Positions 1-11,231 of a stretch of DNA of 64,000 nucleotides are shown piece after piece. The notes below the pieces were generated by a model. The model did no database searches and was not told where the DNA came from. It was given only the letters and a program-made list of their open reading frames with translations. The DNA is from Octopus sinensis (Eukaryota), in NCBI RefSeq assembly GCF_006345805.1, contig NC_043002.1, forward strand, positions 87,482,001-87,546,000. The letters are read 5' to 3'. The position numbers were made by a program, and so were the translations under genes. Position 1 is the stretch's first letter; each line of letters opens with the position of its first letter.

Positions 1-428
1 ACATTATCTGTATGATGTGGAGAATATTCCATCAGCACTGTCCGAATGATGTTGGCATCACCTTCAAAATACATCCAAGGCTTGGACCACGTGCCATCCG
101 TCCACAACAAAAATCTAAATCGCATCACATAACTACAATACGGCACAATTATTTTACCTCAATTGGACCCGCTCTCTTCAACATTACATCAGGACACGTC
201 AAAACAGAAACTAACCACACAAAATTCAAGAAGTCTTTGGACAAATTCCTTCAAACAGTCCCAGACAAACCACCCACACCCGGATATGTCTCCGCAAACA
301 ATAACTCTCTGTTGGAATGGGCTCGGTGTCCAAATCATGAATTGAAAGACTTCGCTAGGTGGTGCTTTTAAGTTAGACATGGCCTGGGCCAATACTGGCC
401 AAAACCTTTTCTAAGTTTTTCTAAGTAT
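1..428 (+). mobile_element. CR1/L2-group LINE 3' end (RT C-terminus plus 3'UTR), copy 1, runs off the window start
   Basis: ORF 12..371 is closely similar to the C-terminus of ORF 1022..1612 (MMW.IFHQHCPNDVGITFK.HPRLGPRAIRP). Shared 3'UTR (ttgaaagacttc..aagttagacatgg..gggccaata) and a short tandem-repeat tail (tttctaagt x2). Confidence 0.8.
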
Positions 429-433
429 ACGAC

Positions 434-589
434 GAGCTTTTACAGTTTCCGTCTACCAAATCCACTCACAAAGCTTTAGTCGGACCGAGGTTATAGTAGA
501 AGACACCTGCCCAAGGTGCTGCGCAGTGGGAATGAACCCGGAACCATATGGTTAGTAAGCAAGTTTCATACCACACGGTCACTCCTACG

Positions 590-592
<3 letters not shown>
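434..592 (-). mobile_element. tRNA-derived SINE family A, 5' half
   Basis: Reverse complement matches the head of the full copy at 37017..37404 (ggcg.aggagtg.c.gtgtggt..., ggttccgggttca.tcccactgcg..., gtgagtggatttggtagacggaaa). Confidence 0.8.
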
Positions 593-638
<46 letters not shown>

Positions 639-651
639 TATATACTATATA

Positions 652-710
<59 letters not shown>

Positions 711-719
711 GTATACATA

Positions 720-1696
720 AAAATCTTTGCAGATGACTCCATGCTACAGAAGGTCATAAATGAGGCGAGTGACCGGACATGCCTTCAGTCAGATCTACTG
801 GCTGTTATCCAATGGGCAGAAAAAAACAATATACTGCTGAACGAGGATAAATTTGAGCTAATCCACTTTGGAAAAGAGGATGCCCTGAAACTCCCATACT
901 CCCTTCCTTCAGATGAAACTCTCGCGGCGTCCAACAACATCAGAGACCTGGGAGTAATTGTGGACAACAACATAAGCTGGGCCACTCATATAAACACCAA
1001 AGTTGACATGGCCCGCAGAATGTGTTCCTGGATTCTCAGAACTTTCCAGTCGAGAGATATCCACACCATTATCCTTCTCTTCTCCACTTTGCTCGACCCC
1101 ACCTTGAATACTGTTGTCCACTGTGGTCTCCCCACACAATACAAGGTATCATAAAAGTTGAAGCACCTCAAAGGGCAATCACAAAAAAGATAGATGGCAT
1201 GACAGACCTCGACTATTGGGGTCGACTAGAAAAGCTAAAACTCTATTCTATCCAACGTCGGCGTGAGCGCTACATCATCTGCATGATGTGGAAAATATTC
1301 CATCAGCATTGCCCAAATGATGTTGGCATCACCTTTAAGGTACATCCAAGGCTTGGGCCCCGTGCCATCCGCCCAAAACAAAAATCGCACTCTCATCTCA
1401 TAACAACAATACGGCACAATTATTTCACCTCAATTGGCCCCGCTCTCTTTAACATTACACCAAAACACATTAAAACAGAAACTGACCCTATAGGGTTCAA
1501 GAAGTCTTTGGACAGATTCCTTCAAGAAATCCCGGATAAACCCCCTACACCCGGATATGTCTCTGTAAACAATAACTCTCTACTTGAGTGGGCCATAGTG
1601 CCCAAATTCTGACTTGAAAGACTTCACCAGGTGGTGCTATTAAGTTAGACATGGTCTGGGCCAATAATGGCCGAAACTATCAAAGTATCAAAGTAT
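720..1696 (+). mobile_element. 5'-truncated CR1/L2-group LINE, RT C-terminal half, frameshifted
   Basis: In-frame FADD catalytic motif at 726-737, just upstream of ORF 741..1154 (LQSDL..V.QW, DLGVIVD..ISW..HI). A frameshift leads into ORF 1022..1612 (RPHLEYCCPLWSP, YWGRLEKLKLYSIQRRRER). Tail is tatcaaag x2. Confidence 0.85.
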
Positions 1697-1806
1697 ATAT
1701 ATATGTATATATATATACACATATATATATATATATATGATATATATATATATTATATATATATATACATATATATATATGTATATATATGTATATATAT
1801 GTATAT

Positions 1807-1837
<31 letters not shown>

Positions 1838-2125
1838 GTATAAATATATATACATATATATGTATACATATATATATATATGTATACATATATACATATA
1901 TATGTATATATATACATATATATGTATACTATATATATATGTATACATATATATATATGTATACATATATATATATTATATATATATATGTATACATATA
2001 TATATATGTATACATATATATATATGTATACATATATATATGTATAATATATATATATATATATGTGTAATATATATATACACATATATATATATATATA
2101 TATATAATATATATACATATATGCA
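1690..2125. repeat. Compound (AT)n/(ATGT)n microsatellite
   Basis: Direct reading; it accounts for the YI-rich ORFs in the track. Confidence 0.95.
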
Positions 2126-2399
2126 TGCGCACATATAGAAATAGACATGCATATACACATATGTGTATGTGCTGAAGAGGTACATACTTCCATATTTTCC
2201 TGTGATAAACATTTTTCTATCATCATGTTATGAAAAACATATTTGTTCTGTTAAATCTGTAATGTTCCAGCAGCCAAATATTGTTTGAGGATTCTCGCAT
2301 AAAACCGTGATCAAATTTGTTAAAGTAACACATTTTTATGCTTGTTTTCTGAAAGGTACTTCATTCTCGTTCTAAGAAAAAGAAAAAAAATTGAACCAT

Positions 2400-2720
2400 T
2401 AACAAACATTGAATAAGTAGTGGTGGAGCATCATAGCCATGTGTTGAGAGGGATTCTTTGGGGTTTGAATAATTCACCTCTGGAAACATTGGTGTTTCGT
2501 TCAACATCTTTAAACAACCCTTATTCAGAAGAAAATTCTAACTGGGCCCATCTGCAAGGTCACGTGCAGTTTATCTTGATATGAGATCATCATCTCGCGC
2601 ACATATGGTTGTGATGCATGTACCTAGTGTACTCTTATCAGACGGGTAATCATGATGGGTATACTGGGCCTCGTATATTTTACCCGTGTCACTTTGATGG
2701 CATGCACTGCTCTCTCACTC

Positions 2721-2788
<68 letters not shown>

Positions 2789-2800
2789 TAATAATAATAA
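2400..2800 (+). mobile_element. Probable 3' end of an (AAT)n-tailed retroelement
   Basis: Higher-complexity ~320-bp segment ending ...gcatgcactgctctctcactc, followed directly by (AAT)n at 2719-2795. No coding motif recognised. Confidence 0.4.
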
Positions 2801-3205
2801 TAAATTGTAATATAACTAAAATAACAGCTGGATGAAAGCCAATAAAACATGATGAACACGAGATACTTACTAACAACCTGTATTTTGTAAGAGATAATGA
2901 TGGAAAATGCATAAAATGGGAAAATGTGATTTATAATGGCATTTCGCTTAGTGTCTGGAAACCATCAACAGCAGTAACAAGAGCAGCGGCAACGACAACA
3001 ACAGCAACAACAACGACAACAACAGCAACAACAAACAATAACGACAACAACAGCAACAACAATGACGACAACAACAGAAGACAACGCAATGATTTGATGC
3101 ATGAGTTTTGCTTTCTTTAACACATTTTCACATATTAGAATAACAATAACAAAAAAGAAATAATTTATAAGTTATTTCTTTTTGTAGTAATTGTATCCAT
3201 TTGGG

Positions 3206-3245
<40 letters not shown>

Positions 3246-3719
3246 GTTATCATCATCAAAACCAGCATCGTCGACGGCGTCCTCACCTTTCTCTCCGTCT
3301 TTGCTGTTCTCCTCCTCGTCCTCCACTTTATCCGCCTTTTCATTCGCCGCTTTTCATCCTCCTCTCTTTCTTAACTTCTTTCTTCCTTCTTTCTCCTCCT
3401 CCTCCTCCTCCTCCTGTACTCTGTCACTATCCTTGTCGTCATCGCAATCGTTAATACCACCAACGTCATCGTCTAAGAAGTCTACAAACCACAACATTTA
3501 TATGAAAAGGTACTCGCCCACACTAGCAAACACACACGCACATAAACACTCACACACACAAATACTGACAATGATGGATACATACATATCTCCACACCCA
3601 CACGTACTCACACAAATGGAAGGACAGAGAAAGAGAGAGAAAGAGAGAGAGAGAGGGAGAGGGTGAGAGAGAACCCCACACATTACTTATTTGCATACAA
3701 CTGTCAACGTTATCCGATC

Positions 3720-4110
3720 ATTAATCTCTGTTTCACTTTCGTTTTGGCCAATCAGACTTCCGTACAAAAATAAATATTCCGTTGGGTTTTCAGGCGTATC
3801 CGTTTGTGCATGTGTCTTAGTTTCTGGCAGTTCAGAATGCGTTTCTCTTCTATACATCAGCAATCCTCATTTCTCAGTGAGAACGGTCGATAGCGATGTC
3901 TTCCACACTTGTAAAGCTGATGGTTTTACCCCTGCAGACAATTCTACAACAAGCTAAACTACGATCAACGCCTGGCCGTTCAGGACCAAAGAAGCGATTC
4001 AATGTCTAGCTCATGACCATTTTGAAGACCAATCGGGAATGCACACTGTATGTCCAAGCCATCTCAGCTCAATAACTGCTGGTGTTAGTTCAAAAGAGGA
4101 TTTCTATGTG
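3720..4110 (-). mobile_element. Degraded RTE-like LINE C-terminal fragment
   Basis: Minus-strand translation gives LRWLGHTVCIPD, resembling the RTE LRWLGHV.RM.D motif; otherwise decayed. Confidence 0.35.
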
Positions 4111-4121
4111 TATAATAATAT

Positions 4122-4540
4122 TTATTTCTTTATTGCCCACAAGGGGCTAAACATAGAGGGGACCAACAAACGACAGACAAGAAGATTAAGTCGATGACAT
4201 CGACCCCAGTGCGTAACTGGTACTTAATTTATCGACCCCGAAAGGATGAAAGGCAAAGTCGACCTCGGTAGAATTTGAACTTAGAACGTAACGACAGACG
4301 AAATACCTATTTCTTTACTACCCACAAGGGGCTAAATACAGAGGGGACAAACAAGGACAGACAAACGGATTAAGTCGATTATATCGACTCCAATGCGTAA
4401 CTGGTACTTAATTTATCGACCCCGAAAGGATGAAAGGCAAAGTCGACCTCGGCGGAATTTGAACTCAGAACGTAGCGGCAGACGAAATACCGTTAAGCAT
4501 TTCGCCCGGGGCGCAAACGTTTCTGCCAGCTCACCACCTT
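4122..4540 (-). mobile_element. tRNA-derived SINE family B (Meta-domain-like core) with an internal tandem duplication
   Basis: Head has B-box-like gttcaaattcc. Core ggtcgactttgcctttcatcctttcggggtcgataaattaagtacca occurs twice about 175 bp apart. Other copies at 13562, 28497 and ~53560. Confidence 0.8.
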
Positions 4541-5242
4541 GTGTATGATAATATTTCACCAAGTGATAGATGATCTTAAAGATTTCCCATGTTTAGTGTG
4601 TCGGCTCTATGTAATTTCCTGTACAGAAGAGCGGTAACACAGACTTCTAAGTAAATGTATTGCTTTCTTTCTCTGCCATTTCTATCGTCACTATAATAAG
4701 CCTCTGTTCTTTGAACCTAATTCGGCTAATGGGACTTTAATCAGGCACTCATTTTATACAAGGCTGTCCTCATCGTATCCCTCCGTTTAATCCCACAAAG
4801 TTCCATATTAAGCAGTACGCCCAGTCCTTTCTTCAGTGAGTTTCCCTTCTGGTATCCTCTCACTAATCATCTTACCATTTTATTGACTTACAATGGTTTA
4901 ATAAAATCATCAATGGTATCGACTTCAGGGGCTAAAGGAGGTTTTGCAATAGACATGGGGATCCTTTCTGCAAACGCAGTAAGTAAAACAGAAAAACAGT
5001 AAGAACGTTCGTTTGGACGCTGAGACAATTGTTTAGACAATTTCTTTTTGAGTCATGTATAGGATACAGAGGCCTGTCCGATGCAAATAGGAACTGCAGC
5101 ATCCGGTGTGCAGTGGGAAATTAAGGTGTCTGTGTATCACACACACATACACACACACACTCACACACAACATCGAAGAAACTTATTTTCGTACTCCTAG
5201 ATGATTCTCTAATTACGTTCTCTCTCTCTCTCTCCCTCTCTT

Positions 5243-5321
<79 letters not shown>

Positions 5322-5325
<4 letters not shown>

Positions 5326-5629
5326 CGTGATCACCGTGACCGACCAGGCTATCAGATGTTGCTACACATCGCTGGTCACAATGCGCTTTGCATTGTTTTA
5401 GCCTTCAAGTGACGCCATCCCGCTGGCTAAGCGAGCAGGCCAACAGAAGAAAGAGTGAGAGAAAGTTGTGGTGAAAGAGTACAGCAGGGATCGCCACCCT
5501 CTGCCGGAGCATCGTGGAGCTTTAGGTGTTTTCGCTCAATAAACACTCACAACGCCCGGTCTGGGAATCGAAACCGCGATCCTACAACCGTGAGTCCGCT
5601 GCCCTAACCACTAGGCCATTGCACCTCCA
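5322..5629 (-). mobile_element. tRNA-derived SINE family D
   Basis: Reverse complement starts tggaggtgcaatggcctagtggttagggc (A-box) ... ggtttcgattccc (B-box); ends in (gtgatcacg) repeats before (AT)n. Confidence 0.75.
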
Positions 5630-5633
5630 TATA

Positions 5634-5965
5634 TGGTGCATGGCTTAGTGGTTAGAGCGTCGAGCTTACGATCGTGAGGTTGTGAGCTCCAATCCCGGAC
5701 CGGGCTGCGTGTTGTGTTCTTGAGCAAGACACTTTATTTCACGTTGCTCCAGTTCACTCAGCTGTAGAAATGAGTTGCGACGTCACAGGTGCCAAGCTGT
5801 ATCGACCTTTGTCTTTCCCTTGGATAACACTGGTGGCGTGGAGAGGGGTGGCCGGTATGCATGGGCGACTACTGGTCTTCCATAAAACAACCTTGCCCAG
5901 ACTTGTGCCTCAGAGGGTAACTCTCTAGGTGCAAACCCATGGTCACTCATGACCGAAGGGAGTCT

Positions 5966-5968
<3 letters not shown>
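5634..5968 (+). mobile_element. tRNA-derived SINE family C
   Basis: A-box tggcttagtgg; central gtgttcttgagcaagacactttatttcacgttgc; tail ...ctaggtgcaaacccatggtca..tgaccgaagg. Other copies at 25326..25598 (-) and 59681..60013 (+). Confidence 0.8.
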
Positions 5969-5997
<29 letters not shown>

Positions 5998-6154
5998 ACT
6001 TTGCCACATACTGAACTTAGTAGAAATAGCAAAGTAATTTATTTTACTAAGCCCTAATTATATAATGTAATATTTTGAATTCGCCTTAAATGGTCCTTTT
6101 ACATACTGAACACTTGGTGAAATTGATTAATTAATTAATTTTACCCTCAATTGT

Positions 6155-6187
<33 letters not shown>

Positions 6188-6189
<2 letters not shown>

Positions 6190-6798
6190 GATAAATGTTT
6201 TTATTTCTCCTTTAGTTTTCAGAATTACTACTATTATTGCGGTTTGAGTTTGGCTGCTCTTTTCAAGTGAGTTGAACGACCTGTCAGGGTCATTCCTTAA
6301 TACTTTTGTTGAATATATTATATAGTCTGTGACTATTTCTATTTTCTCACTTGACCGCTGGTTGCAGAAAATTTTTCTTGAATTTTTCTTGAATTTTTTT
6401 GCTACCCTTATAATGATTAATTAATGATTCTTTGACTAATTCTGAAATTGTATCAGGAGTTTATATTTGCTGCTGAGTAGTTGGCGCGGTTACGATGGAT
6501 TTCGAAAAATTAGGATATATAAACTCGAGGCTTCGATGGTGCCGCCTCGTGTGTATATGTTCTCCTTTTCTTTGGCGACTTTGCTGATGAAACAAGCCAA
6601 TCGTAAACGGATTTAATTTAATTTAATTGAATTCGATTGCGTAAAAATTGTTGAAACCTTGCAGGGTACTAAGTTGAAAGGGATAAACGTTTTTATTTCT
6701 CCTTTAGTTTTCAGAATTACTACTATTTTTGCGGTTTGAGTTTGGCTGCTCTTTTCAAGTGAGTTGAACGACCTGTCAGGGTCATTCCTTAATACTTT

Positions 6799-6803
<5 letters not shown>
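6188..6803. repeat. ~123-bp direct repeat pair, about 492 bp apart
   Basis: gggataaa.gtttttatttctcc...gtcattccttaatacttttgt at 6188-6310 and 6680-6803, nearly identical; (AT)n on both outer sides. Confidence 0.85.
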
Positions 6804-6831
<28 letters not shown>

Positions 6832-7023
6832 CATATATCACGTAAATTTGAGAATATCATAAAGTATGATATATGTTTCTTTAACGTTGTTTCTCGAATG
6901 TAGCCGAGACAAAATAAAACAGTCTAAATTTTAAAACGCATGCACACTGACACACAGGCACGCACATACTTAGACACTCATACACAAATAAATATATCAA
7001 TATGTTTGTTTCATATACATTTA

Positions 7024-7930
7024 CTAGCAGAGATATCGGGCGTTGCTCGGGATTAAAATGGCATAGTTTGTATATAATATATTACAGTTATGTTGAAACA
7101 GGTGATATGGGAAAGCGCAGCATAGACAACAAAACATTTGTCGAGTAAATGCTGGGCTAACTCGGCTAAGCAACATACTATGCGTTCGTTTTGAGTATTT
7201 CAGGCACTAACCTGTCATGGAAAATTAGAGATGGGGTGTTATGTGATATTTGAACGCACCGAAAAGATGTCAGCGGATATACACTCTTTTGCAGCAGTCA
7301 GCGCTGTGTCTAACACGACTCATCATCTGAAATTTTAACACCTCCTTCGGGTTTGTTGTCTTACATTACTCATAAAGTAAATTTGGAGGAACTGTGGTTG
7401 TTCATTTGTGGGTAACAGGGAACCAATGAGGTAATAGACTTGCCCTTGAACTTTGACGTCGGCATAAATTCATGTTTATCTTTCTTCTTAGATGCACCAA
7501 ACGATGTCATTTGAAATGCAGATTTGTATAGCCTGATATTGTTCAGAAAATCCTTTGACAGTATGGAAATACCTTCTAGAAGATCCATAAGAGGCTGAGA
7601 AGGAGCTAGTAATGCTGGCAATGTTACCTGACTGCCTGAGCAGCACATACCATTTGTTTCATTTCAAAATTTTAAAGCTCTACAAAAACGACAATTTGTG
7701 TTTAGCACACCAATTTGGTCAGAGTTATCATTTTTATAAGAATCGGATGGATCATATCTGAAAACAGCTTCAAGAGTTGTGAAGTACGATTTTGTACGTA
7801 GTCTGTTTCTGAGAGCTATTCTACTGGACCTCTGTCTAATCATTAAAACATTGATTTAATGTTCCAGCATTAAGTGCTGCAACAAGCATTTCCTGTTCTT
7901 GAGAAAATCTCATCTCTCTTCATACTCTTG
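7024..7930 (-). mobile_element. Internally deleted Helitron: Rep/Hel N-terminal coding fragment joined to a 3' terminus
   Basis: Translation ...FRYDP..IGVLNTNCRFCRALKF*NETNGMCCSGSQVTLP..KDFLNNIRLYKSAFQMTSFG..FMPT/KVQGQVYYLIGSLLP..PQFLQIYF matches the conserved Helitron N-terminal region. 3' hairpin plus CTAG at 7024-7027. Confidence 0.8.
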
Positions 7931-9049
7931 CCTTCGGTTTTCTACAATCCTCCTTGGTTTATACTTGTATATGGAGATATTATGTCTTTTCTGTGTTTCC
8001 CCCGCTCATTCCGTAAAAATTTATTTGAAGGGAGCAGAAATTGAAAGAAGAGAAAGCGAAGAGGATAGAAAAAGAAAGTGAAAGATATATGTACGTCTAT
8101 ACGAAACGGACGCGTGTATGTTTGTGCGGACGTGTGTGTGTGTGAGGGTGAAAAAGAGAGATAGAGTGAATGAGTGAAGGTGTGTGTCGTGATGATTGAT
8201 GTCTTTTAACGTAAACACGCATAGAAAATGTGACGTCATCGTATAAAATGTTTGCGATAGTTGATTCATGGAAAAGATTATAATGTTAAATTTTTGAAAT
8301 GCAAATATATGAATGCAAATTAAATTTAATTTCTAGCCGAAATAGCACTGAATATTTTGATACCCCATACGTCAAAATCTGTAACTCCGTATTGGAATGC
8401 ATAAGGAATATATATGTATGACAGACTTCTCTCAAACAGAAAGTATTATCACACATTACAATAGAGACGTAATACTGAAATAGTGTAAGAGATAAGTGAT
8501 TACTCTGGGCTCGCATTAGGCAAGAAGCTGGAAATTTATTTGGCCTATAATACTGCATGGACCTTGGCTTTTGTATTTGACGACTGTTGCCTTAAGTATT
8601 TTATTTCGATTTTATGTATATATGTATGTATATATGTATGTATGAGCCAATGAGGGAGACCTCTACATGGTAGCTAGACCTGGTAGAAATAACAGCGAAA
8701 TCTCCATCAAAACATCCTACTGTCTTAATCCGACCATTCTGCCTATTATGTAGTTTTAATGAGAAACTGTAACTAAGGATTAGGATTATTTACCCCAAAC
8801 TTGGACGGTGTTACGTAGTGGATATGTTTGGTGATTGTATGCGGTGATTACTTTAGACTGTTTCTTCTCAAAAAGGATAATTGATTGATAACGAATCTCA
8901 ACACAGCATATATACAACTTCAAGTGGAATCGGACATCATAAGAGAGACAGAGAGAGGAAAGAAGAGAGACAGCATAGCGGCGGTTTTGGCTGACTCATC
9001 CTGTACTTCCCTTGTTGCTAGCGAAATGGTATGTGCTGGCTCTCTGAAC

Positions 9050-9275
9050 AAACACGTTGATTTTAATGGCGGAACAAGCAGGAGAAAAATATTACAAAAA
9101 TAGCGACTTCATTTTGAAACTAACAATTTTGAAAATCATTTTAGATTACGGAACGCTCCACGCTCTCATATATCCATATTTAAAATTTCAGCGCGATCAG
9201 ATGAACAACACTCGAGTTATAAGCGCACAAATAGACAGGCAGACAGAACGGATTATATATATATATATATTAGAT
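9050..9275 (-). mobile_element. Helitron-like 5' terminal region
   Basis: Reverse complement starts atatatataatccgttctgtctgcctgtct...gcgcttataactcgag...gatcgcgctgaaattt, in the style of non-autonomous Helitron 5' ends. It may belong to the element ending at 7024. Confidence 0.35.
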
Positions 9276-9539
9276 TATTGAATGTATTAAATTATAGTAG
9301 AGGCAAATACATGCACCCCCCCCCCCACACACACACACACATGTAGTAAAGAATGCACAAATTTGATAAAACTGTGTTGGCATGCTCTACGTTGCATGAG
9401 ATTGCAACATTTAAAACAGGAAAAGATAACAGAAGCGATATACAACATCTGAGTATATTGTAAACTACTGTACATACATACATGCATACATATACACATA
9501 TACATATATATATGTATTTTATATATACGTATATGCATG

Positions 9540-9626
9540 TATATTCACTTCAACATATAAATTTAATTTCCCAAAATATTTTCATCGCTTTGAGACCGCG
9601 ACCTGTACACTAACAAAATTTCGTGC

Positions 9627-9627
<1 letters not shown>
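9540..9627 (-). mobile_element. PLE pseudo-LTR-like fragment with a degenerate hammerhead-like fold
   Basis: Related to 17740-17800. Contains GTCGC/GCGAT stem II and GAA-AATATT-T. Confidence 0.45.
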
Positions 9628-9659
<32 letters not shown>

Positions 9660-9723
9660 TATATATTTATTAATAATAATAATAACAATAATAATAATAA
9701 TAATAATGATAATAATAATAATA

Positions 9724-9763
<40 letters not shown>

Positions 9764-9765
<2 letters not shown>

Positions 9766-9885
9766 GCAGAACACTTTCCATACAATAACCATCAGAGCAT
9801 CACAACAAATCACAGCACATACCCAAGGCACACAGAGCTGCGCTCGGTAGTGAAGTGAAAGCACGCTATAAAAATAAAACTACTG
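9764..9885 (+). mobile_element. Very short 3' end of an R4/Dong-like LINE inside (TAA)n
   Basis: acgcagaacactttcc (=..RRTLS*-like ORF end) plus 3'UTR, with (TAA)n on both sides. Confidence 0.45.
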
Positions 9886-9900
9886 AATAATAATAATAAT

Positions 9901-10830
9901 AGAAACTAAGAGTATGGAGACGTGTACATCCACAACATTAATTTTAGAGTTATATACGGCATATTATAATGACCCACACGTGTTTCCACTGCAGCGACTA
10001 TTCGCTGTTGCAGATGCTAGCTTGCAATATTGTCGGTGCAGCTTCATCAGGATCCTTCCATTTGGTCTTCCTCGAAGTGAACTGATTGAAATAAAGGTTT
10101 GTTAGTCAGTTTTCTGTAGGAGGTTAGGGCGTTGTTATTTACAGGTATGTGTTGCTGACCTTGATTTAGCCCCAGCCGTTGTCCGAAGTTTGGGCTTGGT
10201 CTTAAAATAGGTTAAGGTCGAGATTCTTGTTTTTGTAAAATTCTTTGACCATCTTAATAGCAGTGTGCATTATTTTTGATTCCGGGTGTAGTGTTCCTTT
10301 TGAGATGTTTTTCGTTTTATATATTGATTTTTTTGGTTAGGTTGTTCCATTACTTGTGTTCGTTGTTTTGGTGATGTTTATTAATACTTTTATCACATAT
10401 TTTTATTTGCCTACTATTACTTATATTTATATTTAGCTTAAATTTTACTGGAGCATTAGCTATCTAGAATCATTTATATTATTTTGAAAGTCCATCGGCG
10501 TGTTTGTAAACATGTCAGAGCTTGTTCTTGTCTTGTATTGATTAATGTGTATTTTATTGTAAACATTTGGTAAAGCTCCTCTACGCAGAGGTCGCATCTA
10601 TTTCTCCTTATGCGATAAGGTTTAGCAGTACTAATGAGTTTCCAGTCGATAGAATATCTATTACTGTTTTTGTCTTTAATTGATCAAATTAGTTTACTTA
10701 AGCTTGTATTATTTATTTTCCCCTATCTCTAAAAGTAATTTAAATGACATGCCAGTTTCCTTTTGAAAGAAAGAAAGCTGGCACCTATATAAAACTATAT
10801 TCTTTACCCTCGGATGTTACTTTACACCTG
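9901..10830 (-). mobile_element. Penelope-like element 3' fragment (GIY-YIG C-terminal region plus pseudo-LTR)
   Basis: Minus-strand RNRCDLCVEEL motif typical of the PLE C-terminus; hammerhead-like motif at 9971-10054. Confidence 0.6.
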
Positions 10831-11178
10831 TAGACTAGATTCCTAGTTTTATATGTTGAATATAATGGAAAAATCTCTAGCACAGTTGCATAGACTTATT
10901 TGTTTATTCCTATCATTTATTATGTCATTACATTCATGCCTACAGCATATATATATATACGTTTACCACGTATATATATATCACCATATTCGCCTACTCC
11001 TGCTATATATGTTTACTTTCGTCCAAGCGCTTATGCTTCTGCAAACATTTATGTATGCAGAAAGTCACACGCACACAAGTAAGATCACCTAAATACAACT
11101 ATCCACATATTTTGTATACATATCCATTTATACATACATACATACATACATACATACATACATACATACATAAAAGAA

Positions 11179-11230
<52 letters not shown>

Positions 11231-11231
<1 letters not shown>

